A stretch of 57,972 nt of DNA, the filler included, from Ionaspis alba (lineage: Eukaryota), in the NCBI GenBank assembly GCA_964255285.1. It is 3 parts of 3 records of this genome, joined end to end, with 100 filler letters (N's around TTAATTAATTAA, not from the genome) between each part and the next. Parts side by side here need not be neighbours in the genome. Positions count along the whole stretch, not along the records: positions 1 to 19,266 come from CAXUUL010000269.1; positions 19,367 to 38,624 come from CAXUUL010000270.1; 1 more part is not named here. One strand, 5' to 3'. A program made the position numbers and the translations under genes. The notes under the pieces were generated by a model that saw only the letters and a list, made by a program, of their open reading frames with translations, did no database searches and was not told the origin of the DNA. This document shows positions 11,099 through 22,618 of this stretch, one piece after another. Position 1 is the stretch's first letter, and each line of letters starts with the position of its first letter.

Positions 11099-14000
11099 TC
11101 ATTCCACCTCCTCAATGCGAGGTCTGGCCATGGGTTCTACATCCAAGCTTACATCCAGTCCTTTCAGCTTTCCCTCGAGTCCAAGCCTTATTTCCCCTTC
11201 TTGCTCTCTCCGTCTTCGACCCCCAAATAGACTGTTCTCTCGCCAGGTTTCCATTCCTTCCAGCACTTCTCCGAGATGACCCCTCACGATTTCGTCCGGG
11301 TCGTCCCGAAGTAGGCGATGCAAAACCTCAATCACATCTTCCAGGCTCCCCCCGGCTAGCCCAAACCCCAGCTCTCTCCCCTCTTCCTCCGCTCGATCCA
11401 AGGCTTTGATAAGGCTCATGAAGACTAACACAGCTGATCGCCTCAAGATAGCCTTCTCGGGCGTCTGCTCGAATCTCAGTATCGAAATCGCCAGATCAAC
11501 TGCGGTGGAAACAAGGGGAGCTCCCATTGCTGCAATATTCGTCTCAATCGTCGATCCCAGAACCGAAAGCGCAGAAGCTCGAATTCGAATATCCTCTTCT
11601 CCAGCTTTACCCTCCCAGCTCTCGAGGACTTTCGACAGTCTCGCACTAGCTTCGTCAAGTTCCTCGCCATCGGAGCCAAATTGCGGAACACTACCACCCC
11701 ACTCCCTCTCCGCCTCACGCTTCTTTCGTTCGTGGGCTTTGATCTGCTTATTTTTGTTCTCGACCTCTTTGGGACGATGGCCCCTTCGACCCGCTACCAG
11801 AATCATACCCTCGCCTACTGACGTCGCCGCATGCCGTGGTAGCGCCTGTCCAAGTGCTTCAACAGTCGTCTTCAAGGCTTCGCCGATTCGTAATCTTATA
11901 TCCAGTCCACTCTCCTCATCCCGGTCGGCATATCGGTCCACAAGCATACGAGTTACGGTGTTGCTGTGACGGTGAGCGAGCAGACCGAGGGCTTTGATAG
12001 CAGCGAGGTAAATGAATTCCTCATCGTCTTGAAGGACGGATAAGAGTAGTACGGTTGTTGTTGGTACATCGATGACGGGCGACGAGTTGTCTATGAGCTT
12101 TGAAAGGAGTGAAAGACCTTCGGCACGAATTGGCGGCAGCGGAGAAGTGAGGTGCTGCAGGGCCAGGGTATGATTGGCCCGAGCCGCGGTAGATTCGGCC
12201 GACGGACCTGTTGCGGAAGAGCTGGATGCTGCAGACAGTAAAGAAGATATTTGAGCAGAGATGTTTGCAATTGAGAGGCGTACGGAGTACGGAACATTTA
12301 CTTGCGTGCAGACAATATCGAGAATTATCTTCTGAATAGATTTGAGTGTCGAGGTTGTCGTGGGCTTAGGTGTGAAACCCGGGGTGGCAAGAACAGCGGT
12401 CAAGATGCTAAGGGACAGTGACACTAGTTCATTCGATTCCTCGATAGCAAGAGACGTTTTTCTTGCGGTATCGTCTTGAACAATGGTGCCAAATTCATTC
12501 AAAGACAATACTGGCGAATCCGTTGATCTTTTGGGACGTCTCTGGTTGTGAGTCAGGCTGTTCTCAAGAACTTGCTGTACCAGGTCAAGAATTCCGTCTG
12601 GCTGGGAAGTGATTGTCTCCCTGTGTTCCGCCAACATGGTCTGGGCCATCTTGGCGTATGCCAGACTAGAAAGAGGGTTGTCCTCCAGTTTATTCCCGCT
12701 TCCAAATTCGAGCTGGCCTTGCTCATTTTGAGCAGGAAGCAACCATTTTCTGGTGATGTGCAAGAAGACTTCACCGATTTCTGCATTGTCCGCTGCTTCC
12801 CGAAGCAGGAGAATGAAAGTTTGGACATGTACATCCACAGTATGCATTATCTTTGTGATATCATTTTCCGTATGAAGCGGATAATCCCGAGCACGAATCT
12901 CAACATTTTTCATGTCACCTGTTAGACAGAGTTGAGAGCTATCGTCGTCCCAGATTAGATTATCTGCTAATCGAGCCAGACCGTCCGTGCCAGCAGATAG
13001 CTTCAAGTATGTCGAAAGAAGCTGTAAAGTCTTCGTACGCCAGATTGCTTGCGCTCCAGTATCATTGGCGAAACATAGGAGACGCCACAATGGGAGCAGC
13101 AAAGGAGCTATAAGCCTCTTTACAAGGCCAGGATTTGGATGAAGCAGTGTCAGGGCAGTAAGCCGCTGCAGAGCTCGAGCTAGCTCTGTAGCAGAGACGA
13201 TTCTATCCTGAGGTGGTTTTGAGAACTGAGCTTCCCTGGGTGATTGCTCCTTAGAGTTGGGGCGCAAGGATTGAATGATCGGCTCTGCAAAAAGTTTCCA
13301 ACCCACAGCCCCGGGTGCGCCATAAACCTGACGACCAAGTATACCATTACCAATGATGTATGCAGCCGTCCGTTGCATGCTAAGGTCATTGTCGTCGAGA
13401 AGGCTGAAGAGCTGCGGCGCCAGAGCTTCAAAGTACTCGTCTGCAGTCAGCTTGCTAGGGACAGACGTCAACAACTTCGATATATGATTCAGAATTTCCA
13501 GAGACAGAGCAGGTCCTGAAGATGCTGCCGGCATAGAATCCCCAGCTTGTGTTTGGGGACCAGTACTTGCTATGAAATCAATGGTGTCACGAACGCCACC
13601 AGCGCGAATAGGAAGAAGGGACAAGCCTGTGGAAAGAGGCGGACGGAGCCAGGGCGGAGTAGAAGGGTGTAACAGGGAGGTCAGAGACGAGAGGAGGATT
13701 GGGGTTGGAGTTCTATCACAGCTCTCAGCTCTTGAAAAGCTCTGTATATTTCCAAGGGGGACATGTAAAGGGACCACAAAGGCGGAATACCGTTCCCATG
13801 CAAGAAGGGGACGCATACCCCTGCAGAAGCAAATCAAAGTCACTGCTTCGAGTTTGAAATTGAGTTGCAAATGGAGAAAAGACAAGCTGGCCCATTGCAG
13901 CGATAAGATCGACCAGCGTTCGATCTAAAAGTATGCTGCACAACCCTTGCCCTGAATCGAGAGCAATAGACTTGAGTTGCCCAATGATTTCCGATAGCAG

Positions 14001-14478
14001 GCTCTCCGATCCCGCAGAGCTGCTTTTCACATCAGCTGACCTCAAGGTAACACCGCCCTGAAGTACGGATTTCACCCTTCGTTCTATTGGCACTCCGACG
14101 CCGGGGAGAAGATTTGGATAGATTCCTTCCAGCGAAATCAAGTCAAGTAATGCATCAATGATTCGTCGCGACTTCGAATTGTACAAAAGCTCCTTGATAC
14201 AATTTGGATCTGATGAAGCTCTTAGAGCAGTGTGAATACTCGATAGAAGAGCCAGAGCCTGTCGAATAACCCACGCTCTGGAATCTTCCTCGCTCTGAAC
14301 ATGAGTGTCAGCACCACACATCAGCTGCTCAACAACAGACTGGCCCCGAGCTTTGACAAGAGATTCTGATTTGATATTAGTAGCATAATCCCAAAACGTG
14401 GGTCAAATGAAATTCACCTCGCCGTAGGACTGGGCCGAGGAAGGAGCCCGCCGCTCTGAGCTCGGCTTCTGCTATCAT
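11099..14478 (-). CDS. RTP1: RNA polymerase II nuclear import/assembly factor, Rtp1/TANGO6 family
   Basis: HEAT-like protein with LTSPLPPIRAEGL, LLSVLQDDEEFIYLAAIKAL and EDIRIRASALSVLG. Upstream exons lie in 13725-14321 with a short first exon from ATG 14478. Confidence 0.85.
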
Positions 14479-15168
14479 ATTGATAGATTAGAAAGCACGA
14501 ATAGGACGACCTCCTGTACTAGTGTCACAGAATCTAGAGAGCGGTCAAGTCTACAGGCTCACTGGTTCGAACTCGAGAGAAAACGAGTCGCCAGGAGAAA
14601 CAAGCAATTCGACTCGGCCACAGAGACAAGATGTAGGGTCGGAGCACGCGCCCAGTGTGCTTGTCGGGTCTGTAATCGACCTACGACTAAAGGGATCTCC
14701 TTGCAGAACGGGTACGATCTGACCACGGCTGGTGCGTCCTCTATTCTTCCCAAATCATTGAAATAAGCTTTGGGTTCTGTCAGCCCTCGGCGTAAGAGGC
14801 GAAAAATTTGGTCATCAGCAACTTCCAATGTTTGTGATATTCCATAAGCAACACTGAGAGAACATGATTAAATTTGAAATAGTTTGAGCGTCTTTGATAC
14901 GATTTATCATAAACTCTTGGCATGGACATATAGCTCAGCCTTACAAGCCAAGTGTGCTAGCGTGATCTTACTTGGCGCGTCGAACAACAGTCGCGTCTCT
15001 AGAGAAACTCCTTTTCTATTTTCTACCTTAACTTCAGCAACTTTCATTACCATCGCTCATCGAACTCATAGAAGTAGCGAACGCATCTCATATCTCTCTG
15101 GATCATCGATCATATCATCATTGCCCTCAATTGCAGCAATTACGCGTCAAAGCCCCAGTTCATCGAAG

Positions 15169-17627
15169 CGTCCCGTCCACAAGAGTCTCACTTCCAACAA
15201 ATCTCTCGCTCCAAAGGAGCAACACAAAACACAAGCAGCGCACCTTCCCCACAGTCCCCCGTCTCTCATCTTCCAGCCTTGAGCAAGGAAAGTCTAAACG
15301 CCCCTCGCATCCACCTGCACAACTTGTTCCAAGCACTGCTTCCCGAGCCTCGCAGCACGGTCTCACATGGGTCACTGTGCCTTGGGCAGCGCGTGCTGCA
15401 GTCGCCAGACTGTAAAGGGTATTGCGGGGAGGATGAGTTTCGGAACTTAACCCTAAGTATTCGTCGGTCGTCTTGCGGTCATAGTTGTCTACTCTCTGAT
15501 TACCTTTTTCGAAGTCTTTGTTCGGGTTGGTTGCGAAACTGATCTGGGTCGGGATGGAAGGAAGTGAAAGGAGTGCTAGACGTCCAGAGCCTTTCGGGCA
15601 GCAAATGGATTTGCCATGCGTCTTATTTGGTAAGATTCCCTCAAGGGGACGCGCTACGGTATTTCCTGCTGGACATCACACTCTGGTCATCTGGGATGTT
15701 CCGTTGGATGTGTAGCGTGAGATGAAGATCTGGAAGAGATTAGGTGGGACTGGTCGGATGCCTCCTAACATCGAGGTCGTCTTATGGATCTTCACTAGCC
15801 GCCTCTGGTTCTGCCTAGGCTCTTTGACTTTCTGCGGTTTCATGCACTTTCTCCGAAGGCCAAATACCTGGGTACTCGTGACCATGGAGGCAAGTGTCAT
15901 CACTTTCTCACCATTGCCTTCGATTCTGTCAATGGCGTTCGGATCTCAGGCGACGTCTTTACGTCTTTTGAAGAGACTACGAGCACATCTGCAAATTGCC
16001 TGCAAACGAGCTTCAAGTTAAGCGTGTATCATCTCATTGTCAAGAGATCCACTCGTCAGAATCGTGCATGTCGAAAGCTCGTCGAGCTATCATTCATTCT
16101 AAATATGCATGTAGCGAGGTCTCTAGTCTACAGACAGAAACACGCTTGACTTGCGGCTGCTCTCGGTATGATTACTGACAACGGTGTCATCTTTGTTGAG
16201 CTTATGGCCTGATGTCACGCTCCGGGTAGTCTTGGAAATGATGAAAGCCTAGCCTGAGTGAGGAGCGTCAATGTATGGCATTGGGGTGACGAGACGTCGA
16301 GGCACTTGGGGTACTCCATGGTAACAGCACTAATACCCACCGGCTGGATGAGGATTGTGTGATCTGCCGCGGTCACATTGCTGTGAAGGGACTTGAGACG
16401 GTGAAGACGTCCCGTACCACTCCCCTCTTGGCATGAGAATCTTGTATTCTAAGCCATCCCTAACCTCCACTTCACCTTCAGCATCACATCGTTTCCAACA
16501 ACGAAGCTCGCTCGCGGAGTCTACACTACAGCACCAGCTACCAGTGTAGTTGTCATTACGACAAATCCTGACCAGCCGCATCAGTCACCTCCTCATGTGT
16601 TCTTCACAAGGGTCGACTGGTGAGCGCCGACATTATCGTCCACCGAGTCTTCACCGACTCCATGGACACATACCTCTTTCGAGAGATGGAAGCGGTTTTT
16701 GGCGATGTCCTTTGTCCGTTTATCAATTGCCCTCCTCGGATGTTCTTCCGACTCCTTGGAGAGGAAACAAAGACTTGTCGTTGAGGGTACTGCACCACAA
16801 AACGGAGAGATCCTCCCGTCCTGGGGTCTTGGATTTGAGATTCGGACGAGATGTGGAGTGTTCTTGGTTTCTATGATCGCTAGAGGCTGCAATTGGTGAT
16901 GATGCTGGTCGATGGGATGAAGGACAAGATATTGAGGAGTGCCGACTGCTCTTGATTTCGTTGTTCGAGATGTATGAGATATTGTTTATGGTGGTAGGAT
17001 ATCCGGTCTCCTTGTCAACTTCGTGGCATACCAAACTCTACCAACTTGTGGAGATCCAGCGGAACCATCTCTGTTGCAGACCCCAGGGATTTTAATCTCG
17101 CTATTTGACAAGATTGTCCAGTCACGACTATAACACAACGCTACCACCATCGACCCCAGAGATTGCTACCTCTTCTGATTCAATGTATGGCTGATGCAGA
17201 AGCGAGAATTAGGTCTGTTGGAACAAAGGGAGCAGCGGATACATGGACGGGACCTCTCTCGAGTGAGGATCAAAGCTTAGTGCTTGTCTGCTCCTTGGAT
17301 CTGCCCTTTGCAACCCGGGCTCTGTCTCTCGTCATGTTCGGTCATGGATTTGTGAGGAAGAAGTCAGTGGTATCCGGGCAGGATGGCAGCTATTGTGGTG
17401 TTCGGGGCAGTGAAGGCAGCTTGCTCGCGGCTGAGAGGAGGACGTTACGGAGTTGGGGTTGCTGGGTTGAAATGAGCTATGTGGGGAATGGGACGTCGGG
17501 GATGTCGATAATCGAGAGGTATCTGGGGCGGGGAAGAAGTGGTGGGACGGCCGAGGAGGCTCACTGTCGTCCTCCTCACGCGTTCCCTTGGGGGTAAGCG
17601 GGGAGGGGACGACGACCATCTTTTTTT
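15169..17627 (+). ncRNA. TER: Telomerase RNA (TER); 5' end approximate
   Basis: Template TAACCCTAA at 15448-15456 after hairpin AGTT-TCGG-AACT. Pseudoknot at 16685-16782 and CR4/5-like junction at 17227-17296. Nested 5'/3' helices (15245-15253 with 17480-17488; 15274-15287 with 17420-17433). ATCTTTTTTT + ATAAGT + GCTAAC at the 3' end. No credible CDS in the region. Confidence 0.88.
15448..15456 (+). other. TER template (1.5 repeats complementary to TTAGGG)
   Basis: TAACCCTAA, the 9-nt template permutation reported for Neurospora-type TERs. Confidence 0.85.
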
Positions 17628-17681
17628 ATAAGTCCATCGGATCTCAAGAGCAAGGTTGCAATGGCTAACTACCAAGATTAG
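17618..17681 (+). other. TER 3'-end processing signals: Sm-like site, AUAAGU 5' splice site, branch point, 3' AG
   Basis: ATCTTTTTTT at 17618-17627, ATAAGT at 17628-17633, GCTAAC at 17664-17669, AG at 17675-17676 and TAG at 17679-17681. Confidence 0.82.
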
Positions 17682-18265
17682 ATTCTTGGGGCTCAACTCT
17701 CCAGCCGCGCCCCACCAATAGTCACCGAACTGCTCAGATCGTCTCGAAATTAGCACGTTTGGATTTTCCGTGCTCCAATTTTCAAACCATATGATCATTT
17801 TGAAATAGCCCTATCCAGGGCAAGAACAGTTGGCGCGAACAGTGGGAAGGACAGTAGTTGGTATACGTAAGTTCAGAGTAGTGAAAGATACGATTCAGCA
17901 TTCTGCGGTATGGGATTTTCGTCCGCCCTTATAGTGTACTATCAGTCATAGCAATTCAGATATGACAGCTACGAGAACAGTGAATGAAGACAATTAATCT
18001 ATAGGTTTATGAGCCATATCCTCGCACTTTGGCGTTTGGCTGTGTCTATATCTGTAGTCCCGGTCTCAACAAAAGAAAAGCACCCATAGCACTGGGTATT
18101 AGGCATCGGGTATCCAAAACCCTTCAACTGCAAAAGCATCACCGTATAAAGACAATCATAAATGCCGCTCGCTATGCCGCAACAAGGAATGACTGATATG
18201 ATCCACGAAATTATGAACACGTAAAAATTGATAATCTGCACAATAGCATCCACCTCACAAGCTTC

Positions 18266-19266
18266 TCACCGTCTGAACCGCAATCGCGGCACCGCACTCA
18301 CCACTGCCGTCGTAGTCGTCGTACTGGCAGCCGTAGTCGTGGCACTTCCTGCGGACGTAGTCGTTACCGCCGCAGCACCACTAGCAGACGGACTACTGGC
18401 AGCGGGCGCGGCCGTATTCGGGCTGACAGTGGCCGAATTGGGCGCATTCACACTCGAGCTCGCAGCCGCAGGCTCGTAGTGATAAACGTCCAAAAGACTG
18501 CCGGCGCCACAGAACTCGCGCTTGTCGCCCGTGCACAGCATGTTGCAGTTTGAGATATCCACGGTTGTGGCAGTAGTCGGCAGGGATGCGGCACAGTAGC
18601 ATTCTCTGCCATACTCAACGCCTGCGTATGCTTGACTGGGCGAAGCGGAAGAACAGAAGGAGACGCAGGACTCGACGGTCATGCCTGTGGAGTTGCTGTA
18701 GCTAGGACCAGTGAGAAGTCGACCGGCGACCTCCTTGTAGCAGCCTTTGTTGACGTAGTTGCCCGCTGCTTTCACAGTCGTGGGCGGGACGTAAAGCGTA
18801 TTGTTGTACACACTGAGGCGGGAAGATCCACCGCATATCTCGGACGAGTTGCCGGTGCAGAGCATGTTGCACCCGGTCTGACCGACGGCAGAATAGCTGC
18901 CCAAGCCGTTACCGCAGAAACATTCTTGGGCATATTCAACGCCAGCAAGTCCATAATTATTCTTTGTGCAGAATGCTTGACAGGCTTCGATGGTCATGCC
19001 CGTTGCGTTGGCATATGCGGCGCCGGAGAGTGCGCGAGGTTGGGTCTCGTTTGCGCAGCCGAGATATGCCCAGTTGTTGATGATTTGCCCGGGAGTAGGG
19101 AGATAGGTTTGCGCAGAAGTGGTGGTGGTGGACGTGGTGGTAGAAAGAGGGGCGGTCGTTGTTGTTGTTGTTGCAGGCGTGGATGTCGAGGCCGAGGAGG
19201 CGGTAGCGGCTGTCGTAGAACCACTGGTGGCTGTGTTGGTGGTTGTCGTAGAACCACTGACTGTTG
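18266..19266 (-). CDS. WSC-domain protein (two C-terminal WSC domains after a Ser/Thr-rich linker), 5'-truncated by gap
   Basis: WAYLGC...MTIEACQAFC...AGVEYAQECFCG...CNMLCTGNSSEICGG and a second copy AGVEYGRECYC...CGAGSLLDVY. The frame is open to the N-gap. Confidence 0.88.
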
Positions 19267-19366
19267 NNNNNNNNNNNNNNNNNNNNNNNNNNNNNNNNNN
19301 NNNNNNNNNNTTAATTAATTAANNNNNNNNNNNNNNNNNNNNNNNNNNNNNNNNNNNNNNNNNNNN
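19267..19366. other. Assembly spacer (N44-TTAATTAATTAA-N44)
   Basis: Exactly 100 bp with the six-frame-stop linker; an identical element is at 38625-38724. Confidence 0.97.
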
Positions 19367-21739
19367 CCCCAGCACCGCGACCGCGACTCTCACGACAGCC
19401 GCATCCCCCTCAAAGACAAGGACGTCCCAGATTCTTTGGACGAGGTCAAGAGACATGTCCCCGTTTGTTATCCGCGTTGGCGAGGACGATGCCGACGCCG
19501 GAATCTCTGCCGGAATCACACCCGAATAACTGGTACCACCACCAAGCCCACAACACCCCTCCAAAAACCACCCACGGATTGACCCCTCCAGCACCTCGTC
19601 CGGGCTTAGTCCCACCCCACCCGCCTGTGGCTTATCAAAAAGGTGTCTATGCAGCGACGGAAATTTTCTCTTCAACAGCTGCAGAATGAGCGCGTAGGTC
19701 TGGGCAATGTTGGCGGGGTCTTTGGTGAGGAAGGCGAGAGGGAGTGGGCGATTGAGGAGGTTGGCGAGGGCTGTAAAGGCTGAGCTGGGCGTGGGAAGGG
19801 TGAGGAGGAGGAGGGCGGTTGGGAGCTGTTGTATGTATTAGCCGGCGTTAATGGAGAGAACTCGATGACGGGGTAGGATGCGGGAGAGATGGGGGGTGGC
19901 GAATAGACACTTACGTGCGTGCCAGAGACATATCCCACATCAGGGCGATACATAGCATAGGCCATCAAAACATCCTTCAACCCCTCATGTAATCGTCCCC
20001 CCTTCTGAAAAAGCTTGAGATCCGGCATCGTCCCCTCGACATCCCTCTCAATCGCCCCAAACCACTCTCTCTCCCTGCCCTCTTCCTTCCCCTGCACCTC
20101 CCTCGCCCTCTCCGACGCCTTCACAAACGTCGCTTCCGTAATCGCCAACTCGTTCCCAATCGCCCTTGTCCAGACTTCGGCTCTAGCAGTGGGAGAAACA
20201 CCGCGCCACCATAGCTCGCGCGTGCGGGGTTCGCGAATAGCGGTCGACCAGTTGGGAAGGACGTGTTCGTGCCAGATGCGGGACAGGGTTTGGGCGGTGG
20301 TGTCGTGGGCGCAGCGCGCTGTGGCGGCTTGAGCGGCGCGTTTCTTGTCTAGCAATAGGGAATCAGATGAGCCGTTTGGTGTCGCGGTTTACGATGGTGG
20401 GGAAGATTTAGGCTGCTTGTGGCTTTTGGTGGGTCTTACCGGCTTCGAGACTGAGCTCCATCATGCGCTGGTACTCTTTCAGATGCTTCTTTTCCTCCTT
20501 ACGGTTTTTGGGCGGGAGCCAGCTGGGGCGGGTGCGGCTAAGCACTTTTTCCTTCTCTTTGCTGATGGGCAGGGGATCGATCATAACGTTATTTTTCCGC
20601 AGTGGAGGGAGCTCAACGAGAGCGGTCTTTGATCTTCGCAGTTTGTCGAAACTGGTTTTAGGGACAGTGGTGCTGGGTTGGGAAGGGTCTTCTTGCCGCT
20701 TGAGGTCGGAGCCTGCAGCATGCGCTTCAAGGGCTTCGGTCAGAGATTTGGCTTCTTCGGAGAGGTCGGAAATGGCAATAACCCAGGATTTGGCGCGGGC
20801 ACGGGGGTAGCCGAAGTGGTCGGGGAAGCCGCTCATGGAGGTGCCGCGGAGGAGGTCGGTTTTGTGTGGTGAGGTGGGCACGGAACCCAATCTGCGTGGG
20901 AAAGGTTGACTTGTTAAGGGCGCTGTTTGGGGAGATCGAACATCTCGTCTATTAGAGGATGCTTCCATGTGATTGGGTCGTTCTGGACTGGTGCTTGCGG
21001 AAGCATTGGCGGAGGAAACAGCTGTTGAGGCAGTCCTGTAGAGACCCGGTGATAGAGGCACATTCCACAGACTTGCGTCATCAGGAAGATCCTCATCCGA
21101 GTCATGGTATTCATCTTCCAATTCCTTGGCTGTCTTTCGACTTGGTTGCCATGATCCTCTTCGACTCGGTACTCTCTTAATGACAGGCTGGAAGCCAGGA
21201 CGCAATGCAGAGGCACTCCCAGGAACGGACCTCGGCGACGCTGGAGGTCGAGTATTCTTCGGAGAAGGAGATCGTGAAACACTGCGATTCCGCATGGCTA
21301 CCATAGCGAGAGATGACATTGTCGGGCTCGACATGCCTCGTCGCGGCGGCTGACCATTTGGAGGACCAAGCGAATGAATGGCACTGTGGTGATTAACAGC
21401 GCTGTTGACTTGTCCCTGCAACGACGGATACATTGGCCTGCTTGTACCGTTTACCAGCTCCCTCATACCCGGCATCACTGGACCATTGCTTCTGGCTCCA
21501 TTGACATTCGTCGAAGACTTCCGGTACGAGGGAGGTCTTGCGTTGTACCTGCCGTGTCCGTACAAATCTGGAAGGGAAGAGGGATGGTCGTCGCTAAGAC
21601 CAATATCTTCGAAGTGCGAAAGATCAGGTGAGATACCATCTGCGCCGGAGAAGGAGGAAGAGTGGTACGAGGATGATTTGGAAGATTTGGAACTCGAGAG
21701 TTCCGGGGGTGATGCAGGTGCCGGTGCGAAGGAAGTCAT
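19367..21739 (-). CDS. TBC (Rab-GAP) domain protein, TBC1D12/14-like, 3'-truncated by gap
   Basis: VLSRTRPSWLPPK, ELWWRGVSPTARAEVWTRAIGNEL, IERDVEGTMPDL, AYAMYRPDVGYVSG, LVQRIWDVLVFEGD. Start taken at MTSFAPAPASPP; the ORF is open further upstream to 22081. Confidence 0.88.
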
Positions 21740-22618
21740 CTCATCGTAAGAGACCGGCTTCGGGTCTGTCAGAGCTCGTAGTCGCAGTGGAGATGGCGGG
21801 ATGCTGGTTCTTGTATTAGAGAATTTTGGTACGTGTTGTTGCTTGGTGAAAGAATGGTTGTTGATGCGTGGGAATAGTGAATAATGCTGCTGAAGACTGT
21901 CGAGTTGTGGATAAGGAACGTGTATGTGCAAAGAGTGTGGATTGACGTTGTCGTCTAAACATGTACCATTCCCAGTATGTACAGAGTAGCAATGGTAGTC
22001 CGTGTCGTGTACTAAGTCGGGGGCATCGTGGTTGTTGTCGAGGTCGACCTTGACGATACTCGGAGCATTTGGTGGATACATTCTTTTGCACCCCCGCCCG
22101 GTTGGCCAATCCTGCTCGCTGACTCTCTGTGTTCAGGGGTTCCAGTGCCAAGGCTTTACCGCCCGCTACCTCGTTGACGTCGGCGGCCCTGTCTTTCTTC
22201 AACGGCGTCTTCGAGTCACCTCCTCCTCGTCGAGCAGGAGAACCAGATATCAAAGAGCCAAAGGTAGCATGGGAAGCATTGTAGACTGAACAACTTTATC
22301 ACAGACGGTAAACTCCTCTGGGGCAGTTTCGCATGCTGGCATAACATCCCGGTGGGCTTATGCCAGCTTTCACTCAATTACCCTCCGCCCGGGGGGGTTG
22401 GTTTCGGGCTTTTCGGGAGGCTGGGGACGAGGAGTTTGTTGTTCGCTCACCACACCACCATCTATCTATTGTACTGTATTCTAAATCCTATCTCCTATCA
22501 TGCGCCCGGAATCATACACGTCCGCGACGCTCTCGAGGGACGCGCGCGCATTGGTTTGCTCACACAATGAGACCTTCTCGAAAGCGAAACCCCTGACAAT
22601 CGTCTGACATTCTGTTAC

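Noticed and set aside
14522..17798. Many 60-144 aa ORFs on both strands between RTP1 and the WSC gene
   Set aside because: No motifs or coherent exon structure; better explained as chance ORFs over the TER ncRNA.
19311..19322. Palindrome TTAATTAATTAA inside N runs (also 38669-38680)
   Set aside because: Artificial six-frame-stop contig linker, not biological sequence.
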